Positions 18,314-26,983 of a stretch of DNA of 64,000 nt are shown here, one piece after another. Made by a program: the position numbers and the translations under genes. Origin of the DNA: a virus (Duplodnaviria > Caudoviricetes). The DNA is taken from positions 15,338 to 79,337 of the IMG/VR virus record IMGVR_UViG_2558860244_000005. One strand, given 5' to 3'. Numbering within the stretch: position 1 is the stretch's first letter; each line of letters begins with the position of its first letter. The notes under the pieces are model-generated. The model ran no database searches and was not told the DNA's origin. It saw only the letters and a list, made by a program, of their open reading frames with translations.

Positions 18314-21040
18314 ATGCAAATGCGAGACGATATTCGCCGCGAGCTAATGCCGCTCCTGAAAACCGACTTCCAGTGGAAGAAGGATCAGGGCGAATGGCTT
18401 CAGGGCGGCAAGTGCCCCGAGTGCGACGGGCGCGAGGTCTACACCCGCTCCGAAAGCCCATGGGTGCTCAAATGCGGCCGGGCCAACCGCTGCGGTTGGG
18501 AATCCTCCATCCGCGACCTCTATCCCGAGATCTTCGATACGTGGTCCAAGCGTTTCAAGAAGACGGCGCAGAACCCGAACGCAGCGGCCGATGCCTATCT
18601 GACTGATGCCCGCGGCCTCAACCTCATGGGCATGCGTGACGCCTACTCGCAGGAGTACTTCCGCGACGAGGCCCGCAATGTCGGTTCCGCCACCGTGCGC
18701 TTCCCGCTGCCGGGCGGCAGCTGGTGGGAGCGCCTGATCGACCAGCCCGGCCGGTTCGACCGCAAGGCGCACTTCGCGCCGCGCAGGCCGTACAAGGGGC
18801 AGGCATGGTCGCGGCCGGACGTCACCATGGAAGACTTCGCCAACGCGCCCAGCATCTGGTTCGCGGAAGGCATCTTCAACGCCTGGGCGCTTGAGCAGGC
18901 TGGCCAGCGCGCCGCCTCCACCATGTCGAGCAACAACTACCCCAGCGAGTTCCTGAAGCAGCTGCGGACGCACATCGCATCCTCGGATCGGCCGCACCGC
19001 AGCCCGCGCATCGTGTTCGCCTTCGACGTCGGCCCCGCAGGGACCAAGGGCAACCGCGATTACGTCAAGCAGGCGCGAAAGGATCGCTGGGACGCATCCG
19101 CCGCGCTGCCGATGGGCGAGGACGAGACCGGCAAGGAACTCGACTGGAACGACCTGCTCCAGCTGGAGCGGCTGACCGAGAAGCACCGCGCCGAATACCT
19201 CTGGCACGGGCAGGTGCTGCTCGCCGAGACCGCACAGGAAAAGGCTTACCTGATCTGGGAGAAGCACCGCTGGAACAGCTTCCACTTCAACTTCGGCAAC
19301 CGGACGTACTGGTGCGGCATCGACATCTCGATCGTGCAGGAGAAGATCGACGAGTATCGGCGCGGACGTACCCGTGAACTGAAGGAAATCGACAGCGAGG
19401 AAGAAGCCAAGATCCGCATGGAGGCTTCCCGGGAAGCGCTGGCCGTCGAGGAAATCGCCAACTGCGCCTTCCGCGTCCTGTATCGCCAGCGTGACGAGGC
19501 GACGGACGAGACCAAGTTCTTCCTGAACATCCGCTACCCCAGCGGCAAGCGCCCGGCCGTGAAAGGTGACTTCACCGCCGCCCAGCTGCGTAAGGCCTCG
19601 AACTTCGAAGATCGCCTCTTCGCCTTCGGCGGTGTCTGGACCGGCAACGCCCAGCAGCTGACCCGCATGCTCCAGCACCAGACGCCGGACCTGCCGGACG
19701 TGCGCCCGCTTGGCTTCACCGGCTACTGCCGGGACGCGAAGGCCTATGTCTTCGGCCAACTGGCCGTCGCGAACGGCCGCGTGTTCAAGCCGAACGACGA
19801 CGATTTCTTCCAGATCGGCAAGCAGGCCCTGAAGCTGGGCACGTCCGAGCGCCTGCTCGACATCGACTATGACGCGGACAATCTCGACACCAGCTGGCTG
19901 GCCGACCTCTGGACGGCCTACGGCGCCAAGGGCCTCGTCTGCCTGACGTTCTTCTTCGGCTCGCTCTTCGCCGAGCAGGTCCGCGCCGAGATGAAGAGTT
20001 TCCCATTCCTCGAAATGCATGGCTTGCCCGGCACCGGCAAGACCACGCTGGTCGAGTTCCTCTGGAAGCTGCTCGGCCGCGAGAACTACGAGGGCTTCGA
20101 CCCGGCCAAGGCTACGCCCGCCGCCATGGCGCGCAACCTCGGCAAGGTTGGCAACCTGCCCGTCGTTCTGATCGAGGGCGACCGGCGCGAGGAAGCCAGC
20201 CACGCCCGCAAGTTCGAGTGGGAGGAACTCAAGACGGCTTACAACGGGCGCACCGTGCGCTCACGCGGCGTGAAGAACGGCGGCATGGAGACGTTCGAAC
20301 CGCCGTTCCGGGGCGCGATCGTCATCGAGCAGAACGAGCCGGTCAACGCGAGCCGGGCCGTGCTCGAGCGTATCATGTCGCTGGGCTTCGACATGGCGGG
20401 CTGGTCGGCGGACACGAAGACCTCGGCAGAGCGGCTTGAGCAATGGCCGATCGAGAGGGTCTCGGGCTTCATAGTCCATGCCGCCAAACGCGAAAACGAG
20501 GTCATGGCCCGCTTCCGGCAGGCCTTCGCGCAATACGAAAGCGAACTGCTCGCTATGCCGGGCATCCGCACCAACCGGTTGGCGAAGACGCATGGCCAGC
20601 TGCTCGCCTTCCTCGACGCCATGCGCGCGCTCCTGCCGCTGACCGACGAGCAACAGGCGGCCACCGCCAAGTTCATCGTCGAGATGGCGACCGAACGGCA
20701 GCTTGCGGTCAACAGCGAAGACCCGATCGTCAGCCTGTTCTGGGAGCGGTTCGATTACCTTGAAGAGAACGAGGATCCTGCGGCCCTCTCCGGCCACATC
20801 AACCATCACCGCCGCCATGCCGAAGGCATGATCGCGGTCCGCCTCAACGAAATGGAGGCTCGCTGCGCCGAGAAGCGCCTGGCGCTGCCTACCCATGCCG
20901 AACTGATCCGCGCGCTGAAGACCTCGAAGTCGCGTCGCTTCATCGAACAGACCGCCGTCAATTCTCGGAACGACGGCGTTCCGCCGGTCCGCTGCTGGGT
21001 CTTCCACGACCGCTCGCGCGCGACCTCCACCAATTCCTGA
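18314..21040 (+). CDS. Bifunctional primase-helicase (Zn-binding + Toprim + P-loop)
   Basis: CPEC...CGRANRC zinc site, WFAEGIFNA and FAFDVG Toprim motifs, GLPGTGKT Walker A. Confidence 0.85.
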   Translation: MQMRDDIRRELMPLLKTDFQWKKDQGEWLQGGKCPECDGREVYTRSESPWVLKCGRANRCGWESSIRDLYPEIFDTWSKRFKKTAQNPNAAADAYLTDARGLNLMGMRDAYSQEYFRDEARNVGSATVRFPLPGGSWWERLIDQPGRFDRKAHFAPRRPYKGQAWSRPDVTMEDFANAPSIWFAEGIFNAWALEQAGQRAASTMSSNNYPSEFLKQLRTHIASSDRPHRSPRIVFAFDVGPAGTKGNRDYVKQARKDRWDASAALPMGEDETGKELDWNDLLQLERLTEKHRAEYLWHGQVLLAETAQEKAYLIWEKHRWNSFHFNFGNRTYWCGIDISIVQEKIDEYRRGRTRELKEIDSEEEAKIRMEASREALAVEEIANCAFRVLYRQRDEATDETKFFLNIRYPSGKRPAVKGDFTAAQLRKASNFEDRLFAFGGVWTGNAQQLTRMLQHQTPDLPDVRPLGFTGYCRDAKAYVFGQLAVANGRVFKPNDDDFFQIGKQALKLGTSERLLDIDYDADNLDTSWLADLWTAYGAKGLVCLTFFFGSLFAEQVRAEMKSFPFLEMHGLPGTGKTTLVEFLWKLLGRENYEGFDPAKATPAAMARNLGKVGNLPVVLIEGDRREEASHARKFEWEELKTAYNGRTVRSRGVKNGGMETFEPPFRGAIVIEQNEPVNASRAVLERIMSLGFDMAGWSADTKTSAERLEQWPIERVSGFIVHAAKRENEVMARFRQAFAQYESELLAMPGIRTNRLAKTHGQLLAFLDAMRALLPLTDEQQAATAKFIVEMATERQLAVNSEDPIVSLFWERFDYLEENEDPAALSGHINHHRRHAEGMIAVRLNEMEARCAEKRLALPTHAELIRALKTSKSRRFIEQTAVNSRNDGVPPVRCWVFHDRSRATSTNS

Positions 21041-21056
21041 AATCGAAAGGACGAAC

Positions 21057-21554
21057 ATGCGTAGCGTTCCCTCCCTTCTGTCCATGATCGACGAACCCAA
21101 GGCCCCGGCGCCGACGGTCCTGCCCTGGGACTACATCCGGATGCGCCGCGAGGCCGCTGGCCTCTCAATCGAGCAGGCCGCGCGACCATACTGGCACCGC
21201 CCCGAGCACCGCGAAGACGTGGAGCGCAATTTTAGAACCCTCGAACAGCCCGGTTATCGTGCCGCGCGCAATCGGTTCGGCGGCGATAAGTCCCGCTCAT
21301 ACCGTGTCAGCGAGGCGATCTATCGCCAGCTATGCGACGGGCCGCCGGAGCAACACCCCCGCCTCTGCCTGGCATGCGGATGGGACGAATGGTCCGCGCA
21401 GCTCGATATCGAAGGGTTCGACTGCACATGGTCCGACGCGGATCCGCAGATCTGCACCCTCTGCGAACAACTGCGCCGCCCCCTGTTCAAGCCCCGCCTG
21501 CCGAAATTCCACCCGACCCACACGACCCACGGCGGGCACCAGATCGCCGCCTGA
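21057..21554 (+). CDS. XRE-like HTH + Cys4 zinc-finger protein
   Basis: YIRMRREAAGLSIEQAA; CLAC...CTLC. Confidence 0.65.
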   Translation: MRSVPSLLSMIDEPKAPAPTVLPWDYIRMRREAAGLSIEQAARPYWHRPEHREDVERNFRTLEQPGYRAARNRFGGDKSRSYRVSEAIYRQLCDGPPEQHPRLCLACGWDEWSAQLDIEGFDCTWSDADPQICTLCEQLRRPLFKPRLPKFHPTHTTHGGHQIAA

Positions 21555-21571
21555 GTACCAAGGAGCATCCA

Positions 21572-21811
21572 ATGTCCAGCAGCACAGCCGCAGACAGCCT
21601 GCGCAACCACATCGAAGCCATCGAGAAAATGGAAGAAGAAATCCGCGATATGCGCAGCGACGTCAGCGAGCGATACAAGTGGGCGAAAGCCGAGGGCTAC
21701 GACGTCAAGTGCATGAAGCAGATCGTCGCGATCCGCCGCATGCGCCCGGACGATCGCCACGAGATGGAAAACATCGTCGATACCTACAAAGCCGCGCTGG
21801 GGATCGACTGA
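21572..21811 (+). CDS. gapR: GapR / DUF2312-family DNA-binding protein
   Basis: LRNHIEAIEKMEEE...AKAEGYDVK-MKQIVAIRRM...DTYKAALG. Confidence 0.85.
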   Translation: MSSSTAADSLRNHIEAIEKMEEEIRDMRSDVSERYKWAKAEGYDVKCMKQIVAIRRMRPDDRHEMENIVDTYKAALGID

Positions 21812-21813
21812 AC

Positions 21814-22014
21814 ATGGCTCCTAGCAGCTCGAACAACTTTCACCCGATAGGCTGTTCATGCCGGGCCTGCTCGCCCGTCGCGGAACGCCACCGCCGCGCC
21901 AGACTCGCGATCAAAGGCGCGTCGCGCGCCTTGTTTCTGATCGCCGCGCTGATCGCGATACCGTTCATCATTGTTCACGCGCTCTCCAGCGCAAAGGATG
22001 TCGCCAACAAGTGA
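21814..22014 (+). CDS. Small membrane protein with HPxGCxCxxC motif
   Basis: MAPSSSNNFHPIGCSCRAC...ALFLIAALIAIPFIIVHAL. Confidence 0.6.
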   Translation: MAPSSSNNFHPIGCSCRACSPVAERHRRARLAIKGASRALFLIAALIAIPFIIVHALSSAKDVANK

Positions 22015-22116
22015 ACTTTTCTGAGGCCTTTGATGCGATTGCCATCGCCATTGCGCACTCTCTAGCGCGGCAGCACCATGCCGAATCGATGGCTAATTGC
22101 ACCAAGGAAGTTTCGA

Positions 22117-23739
22117 ATGCGCACGGCGATCTACGCCCGTTTCAGCAGCCAACTGCAAAAGGACTCCTCGATCGAGGATCAGGTCCGCGTTTGCACCGAG
22201 CGCGCTGAGCGGGAAGGATGGACGGTTACGGCCGTCTTTTCGGACTATGCGATGTCCGGCGCCGTGCGCGATCGCCCCGGTCTGAATTCCCTCATCGAAC
22301 ATATCAGGGCCGGTGGCGCCGACCAGATATTGGCCGAAGCCATCGACCGCCTCTCTCGCGACCAAGAGGATCTCGCTGGCATCCATAAGCGAGTTCGCTT
22401 CTTGGGCGCACGCATATTCACGCTATCGGAAGGCCCGATCGACGAACTGCAGATTGGCTTCAAGGGCACGATGGCCAGCCTGTTCCGGAAAGATTTGGCC
22501 GATAAGATCAAACGCGGTCAGGGCGGAAGGGTCGCCGCTGGCCGTACCCCCGGCAACATTGTCTACGGCTATCGGAAAGTTCATCGCCTGGATTCTCGTG
22601 GCGAAGCCGAGCGCGGACTGCGCGAGATCGATCCCGAACAAGCGGAGATCGTGCGCCGGGTATACGCCGAATACATCGCTGGCGAATCACCCCTCGCAAT
22701 TGCCCGGCGGCTTAATGCGGAAGGCATCCCCTCCCCTTCCGGCGGCACTTGGAACGTCAGCGCCATCAACGGCGACGCTGTGCGCGGCAACGGCCTGCTC
22801 TGCAACGAGATCTACATCGGCCAGCTCGTTTACAATCGCACCACGATGGTTCGCGACCCCGACACGCGTAAGCGCGTGCCCCGCGTGAACCCGGCCGAGC
22901 AATGGCAGCGCCAGGACGTTCCTCACCTCCGCATCGTCGATGATGAAAGCTGGGAGGCTGTTCGTCGGCGAAAGTCGCTGAGAGAGAACTGGGACTTCAA
23001 CAAACAGCGCAGACCGAAGCGCCTGCTTTCGGGTCTCGTAAAGTGCGGCCAGTGCGGCGGTGCCATAGTCGTGATCGGCAGCGAGAAGTGGGGCTGCGCC
23101 AACACACGCCGCGCCGGGACATGCACGAACCGCCGCACGATCGACAGCACCGTGCTGGAATCTCGCGTGCTCGCAGGTCTGCGGAAAGAGCTACTCAGCC
23201 CGGAGCGGGTTAGCCTGGTCGTGAAGGCGTATCACCAGCATCGAGCGCGGCTTGACCGGGAAGCGTTCGAGGCCGCTGCGACCAACCGGAAGCGGATCGA
23301 CGAACTGGAGAAGCAAATCTCAAACCTCGTCAGCGCGATCGCCGCCGGTGCCGCCGACGTCCCCGAAATCGTGGAAGCGCTTCAACGCGCCAAGGCCGAG
23401 CGCGAGCAACTGACTGAAGCGATCGGATCAGCGAACGCCGCCCAAGTGATCAGCCTGCACCCGGCCATTGCCGAAGCATACCGGAACGCTGTCGAGGACA
23501 TCACCCGGCACCTGAATGGCGAAGAGGAAAGCGCCCGAACCGCCCGGTCTGCGCTGCGTACTCTGATAGATGCGGTCATCCTCACTCCGAAGGAAAACGG
23601 TCGCGGACTGCACATCGATCTGCAAGGAAGGCTCGAAAACGTCGTGAGCCTCGCTACCGGCGAGGCTCCGATGGAGCGTGAAGGTATGTTGCAGGTGGTA
23701 GCGGAGGAGGGACTCGAACCCCCGACACGCGGATTATGA
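22117..23739 (+). CDS. int: Large serine recombinase (integrase of prophage 1)
   Basis: MRTAIYARFSS, DRLSR, recombinase domain, CGQCGG...GC...C zinc ribbon, coiled coil; C-terminus encoded by the tRNA 3' half. Confidence 0.95.
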   Translation: MRTAIYARFSSQLQKDSSIEDQVRVCTERAEREGWTVTAVFSDYAMSGAVRDRPGLNSLIEHIRAGGADQILAEAIDRLSRDQEDLAGIHKRVRFLGARIFTLSEGPIDELQIGFKGTMASLFRKDLADKIKRGQGGRVAAGRTPGNIVYGYRKVHRLDSRGEAERGLREIDPEQAEIVRRVYAEYIAGESPLAIARRLNAEGIPSPSGGTWNVSAINGDAVRGNGLLCNEIYIGQLVYNRTTMVRDPDTRKRVPRVNPAEQWQRQDVPHLRIVDDESWEAVRRRKSLRENWDFNKQRRPKRLLSGLVKCGQCGGAIVVIGSEKWGCANTRRAGTCTNRRTIDSTVLESRVLAGLRKELLSPERVSLVVKAYHQHRARLDREAFEAAATNRKRIDELEKQISNLVSAIAAGAADVPEIVEALQRAKAEREQLTEAIGSANAAQVISLHPAIAEAYRNAVEDITRHLNGEEESARTARSALRTLIDAVILTPKENGRGLHIDLQGRLENVVSLATGEAPMEREGMLQVVAEEGLEPPTRGL

Positions 23740-23740
23740 T
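23696..23740 (-). tRNA. 3' half of tRNA-Met(CAU): att duplication, not a complete gene
   Basis: Minus strand ATCATAATCCGCGTGTCGGGGGTTCGAGTCCCTCCTCCGCTACCA (anticodon loop, T-arm, CCA); no D-arm or 5' half follows. Confidence 0.9.
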
Positions 23741-23771
23741 TTCTTGATTGGTACTGATTTATAAGGGTTTT

Positions 23772-23832
23772 TCTGTAAACACAACCCCATAGAAACCGCA
23801 GATTTCCGTGACCTCTCCGGGCGTCTGTAAAC
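23772..23832 (+). promoter_or_regulatory. Candidate integrase arm-type sites (TCTGTAAAC x2)
   Basis: Direct repeat at 23772-80 and 23824-32 in AT-rich DNA next to the att core. Confidence 0.45.
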
Positions 23833-24018
23833 TCGAAAAGCGCCCTCCCCGGCATCGTTTTTCCGCGACGGACATCGGCCGCGGCTACTTGGGGACCTCG
23901 CACCCTAAGCCTGCCATTGTTGGTTGCCGTTGGTTGAGCGGATCAATCTGGACGGCAGCAATCCGGAATTTTAACCCTCGCCTGATTACGAATGCCCAGC
24001 CAACTGCGAGGACGCGGA

Positions 24019-24222
24019 ATGTATCAAATCATCGGCCTGCAACGCGATCAAAAGCGTGTCCTAGTCGCCACCCCGAAGAACGCCGAAATGGCCCTCAACA
24101 GTTTCCGTGCTGCGCAGAATCTGTTTCCCCGCGTTGTCGTGCTGACACCCGAGGGAGTGGAAATTAGCGGCTTCGAGCTAAGTCGGCGCTACCACGAAGA
24201 GGAAAGAGATCGCTACGACTAG
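24019..24222 (+). CDS. Small hypothetical protein (MYQIIGLQRD...)
   Basis: GAGG RBS upstream; plausible globular sequence. Confidence 0.6.
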   Translation: MYQIIGLQRDQKRVLVATPKNAEMALNSFRAAQNLFPRVVVLTPEGVEISGFELSRRYHEEERDRYD

Positions 24223-24324
24223 CGGCCGGGAAGCCCCATTTGCGAAAGTCTCCCCTGCCTCCCGAAGAGAGTGGCTAAGCCTGTAAGGCGCAGATTTCGG
24301 GGCTTTGGGCTTATTACAGAGTCG

Positions 24325-24339
24325 GAACAGCCCTAGAAC
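24325..24339. promoter_or_regulatory. Alphaproteobacterial LexA box GAAC-N7-GAAC
   Basis: GAAC-AGCCCTA-GAAC in intergenic DNA. Confidence 0.5.
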
Positions 24340-24448
24340 AAACCGGTTTTTCCGGTGCGCTTCACCGGAAACGCACCGGACAGAAGTCTGGGGTAATTCG
24401 CCTACGTCTTGCTCCCAGCGTCAACCGCCCCGAAAAAAATGCCGCAGC

Positions 24449-25162
24449 TTAGTTGAAGTCGACGGAAGGGCCGTTTGGACCATTGCTGATCACAACGCCT
24501 CCTCCTACGTGCGTGACTCCGGTCGCCCCGCCGCCCGAACGATCATTGAAAGTTGTTTGCCCGCCGTTGAGACGAACATTGCTTCCTGTCTTCACAGAGG
24601 TTTCCACCGAGGAATCAGCACGGCCGAAAAAGGCATTATTGAGGGTCTGCTTCGCCCCCCGCCCGGTTGTGAATTGCGCTTCCGCGCCAGTGTGTCGGAG
24701 GCCGCTAAAATCAGCCAAGCCGCCGTCTTCCGCTTGTGAGTGAAGCGGTCGCCCCTCGATCGTCACATCACGCGCAACCGTTTCGCCCCCGACCGTCAAG
24801 ATGCGTACGATCTGTGAATCATGCTCCAAACGCGTCGTGAGCTCTGACAACGCTGAAACGTCTGCGATCTTGGTTTGAGCCGCCTCCAAGATCTCAACAC
24901 GTTCCCGCAGCGAATTTGCGGAGACAACATCTGGCACCAAAGCTTGAACCTGGACGGCGACCCCCTTCATCAGCCCGAGGAGATCAGGCTCTAACACTCC
25001 GTTCTTGAAGCGATCAAGAATGACAGCACACAACGGGCCAATGGCTGGAATGCTAGAAATGTAGGCAGCAGCAAGCGAGGTTGCTATTGACGGTGCTGCC
25101 GATTGGCTGTCCGCCTTTGTGAGTTCCTCTACCAGGACATCGATTTCATTTGCATCTACCAT
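24449..25162 (-). CDS. Hypothetical moron: helical N-terminal domain + Gly/Asn/Thr-rich beta-type C-terminus
   Basis: AGGAGG RBS before ATG 25162; AT-richer codon usage. Confidence 0.75.
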   Translation of the reverse strand: MVDANEIDVLVEELTKADSQSAAPSIATSLAAAYISSIPAIGPLCAVILDRFKNGVLEPDLLGLMKGVAVQVQALVPDVVSANSLRERVEILEAAQTKIADVSALSELTTRLEHDSQIVRILTVGGETVARDVTIEGRPLHSQAEDGGLADFSGLRHTGAEAQFTTGRGAKQTLNNAFFGRADSSVETSVKTGSNVRLNGGQTTFNDRSGGGATGVTHVGGGVVISNGPNGPSVDFN

Positions 25163-25503
25163 TGGCACCTCCTCGGATTTGTTCCTCGAAGTTGGGAGTT
25201 TGCTGAAAAAAAAGGAAGCTCCACCTTTATCGATGATCCTGAACTTTTAGAATTCTCCCAATATGGAACAGTTTTAAACGCACCCGTATATTTCTCCTGC
25301 GACTCCGAGCCGGGCTTCGCAAACTGAGGATTTCCGCCCTTCTCGGGCGTCTAACCTACCCCGAACCGCCTACGCATTCCTGCCGCGTCCCGTGGGCAAT
25401 GTCTAACCTTCTACCAAGCGCATCCATATCGGTAGCAACCCAAATTGCTGCCCTCATTTCGACCGGCAAACATGGGCGATGGCCGGACGAATCGAGCACT
25501 TCC

Positions 25504-26157
25504 TCATAGCAGCGTTGATGGCGCTGGGCTTTGTGGCGCAGGCAGTGAGCTGGCTTTCTTGAACCAGGGCTCGTCTGTGCGATCGACAAGCAGCGGGCCG
25601 GTCCAGATCTGACACAAAGCGAAAGCCTCGTCCGGACTGCCGGCGACCCACTGCTCCCAATCGTTCGCCGCCAGGATAGTTGGCATTCTGTCGTGAACGT
25701 CGGCCATCTGTTCGCAGCCATCGACCATGACCATGGAATAGGCGTTGCCCCACTCGTCAGTGGGGCGCCAGATCCCGGCGACGGCGAATAGCTCCTGATC
25801 AGGGAGGGAGTACCAGGTGCGCGTCATGCGCCCGGCGGCGCCTTCTGCCTCCGCCCAAGCCGTGACCGGGATCAGGCAGCGACGATCACGGAAGCTATCC
25901 CGCCACATCGGATTGCCGCGCAGCTTATCGTCTCGCGCATTGTTCGTGGCGGTGGGCTTCAGAGGCTTGCCGGTCTTCTTGCTGACGGCATGGCGGGGAA
26001 AGCCCCAGGTCATCGCGCGGACCTCGCCCTCGGCGACTACGAGGCCGGTGTATTTCGGATAGACCTCGGCCGCAAAGTTCGGAGAACCGGCTGCCTTGGC
26101 CCGGAACAGCTTCGCCACGGCATCGGCCGGCGCGGTCATTCGGTAGAGATTGCACAT
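25504..26157 (-). CDS. SOS response-associated peptidase (SRAP/HMCES family)
   Basis: Starts MCNLY (catalytic Cys2), NAR motif, RCLIP, HDRMP. Confidence 0.92.
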   Translation of the reverse strand: MCNLYRMTAPADAVAKLFRAKAAGSPNFAAEVYPKYTGLVVAEGEVRAMTWGFPRHAVSKKTGKPLKPTATNNARDDKLRGNPMWRDSFRDRRCLIPVTAWAEAEGAAGRMTRTWYSLPDQELFAVAGIWRPTDEWGNAYSMVMVDGCEQMADVHDRMPTILAANDWEQWVAGSPDEAFALCQIWTGPLLVDRTDEPWFKKASSLPAPQSPAPSTLL

Positions 26158-26272
26158 CCCGCGAGTGTCGCCGAGCGGCCGGGTAACTCCCAGCAAAATC
26201 TTGCGAGCGATGTGAACGCGTTATCGCGGAATCCGTCCGCTCGCATCCATCTTCGCGCCTTCGGCTGTATGA

Positions 26273-26287
26273 GAACAAACTTAGAAC
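26273..26287. promoter_or_regulatory. LexA box GAAC-N7-GAAC between divergent SRAP and small-ORF cluster
   Basis: GAAC-AAACTTA-GAAC. Confidence 0.8.
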
Positions 26288-26329
26288 ATGCTATGAGCGA
26301 TGGCTCGATGAGTCGCGAAAGGAACTCCC

Positions 26330-26581
26330 ATGGCAGATGATCAACTCACCCTTCCATTGTCCGACGATGACCTGATCCGCTTGGCGCGGCATCGGTACGA
26401 CCAGGCAGACCGGGACGGCGCGACGGAAGAGGACTTTCGTCAGCTCTGTGACATCTTTCCGGCCGTGCTCCAGCGATTGCAGGACAAGGGAGAGGCCACG
26501 CGCGATATCGTTGAAATCCAGCACATCGACCTCAGGCGCCCCGAGTCGTGGCGGCATCTGATGTCCGAGCCGGCGGAATAG
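26330..26581 (+). CDS. Small hypothetical protein
   Basis: AAGGA RBS; first ORF after the LexA box. Confidence 0.7.
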   Translation: MADDQLTLPLSDDDLIRLARHRYDQADRDGATEEDFRQLCDIFPAVLQRLQDKGEATRDIVEIQHIDLRRPESWRHLMSEPAE

Positions 26582-26592
26582 GCAGCGCACCG

Positions 26593-26958
26593 ATGACAGA
26601 TATCCAGAAGAGCACTCCCGACGATCTGCGACGGGAAATCACGCGCATTCTCGGTAGCAAGGGAGTGTTCGCGGGCGCGGACTATGGCGCGTTCACACCG
26701 GCCGCGCCCGACGAGCGCCTTCGAGAGACCGGCCGCACGCTGTCGCCGGCAGAGCGCGGCGCCTTCGGTCGATGGCTGGTCCGGCAGACGGATGCGAAGG
26801 GCCTGCTCGGCAACCTGGTGAAAGCTGCGAAAGCCGATCCTCGCTTCCCGCTGGACGGAGACCCCGAGGCCGTTCGAAAGCGCCTGGGCGAGTGCGGCGC
26901 CGATGGCGACATGTTCGAGGCTGTGGATGAGGCCGAGATCGATTGGCTCAGCTACTGA
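26593..26958 (+). CDS. YozE-like SAM-fold protein
   Basis: FGRWLVRQ...LGNLVKAAKADPRFP...FEAVDEAEIDW resembles the YozE pattern. Confidence 0.6.
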   Translation: MTDIQKSTPDDLRREITRILGSKGVFAGADYGAFTPAAPDERLRETGRTLSPAERGAFGRWLVRQTDAKGLLGNLVKAAKADPRFPLDGDPEAVRKRLGECGADGDMFEAVDEAEIDWLSY

Positions 26959-26983
26959 GCCTGGACCAGCGGCATGATCGACC

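Larger units (their letters stand above)
1..23739. mobile_element. Prophage 1: P2-like contractile-tail prophage with serine integrase (continues left of the window)
   Basis: Contiguous baseplate, sheath, tube and tape-measure genes of P2 type, plus cI/cro, ogr, primase-helicase and a serine recombinase ending in a tRNA-derived att. Confidence 0.95.

Noticed and set aside
23696-23740. Complete tRNA-Met gene
   Set aside because: Only the anticodon loop to CCA is present. The sequence beyond 23741 is AT-rich att-arm DNA with no D-arm.
25349-25415. GTCTAACCT direct repeat between the moron and SRAP
   Set aside because: Only two short copies with no clear context, so chance cannot be excluded.
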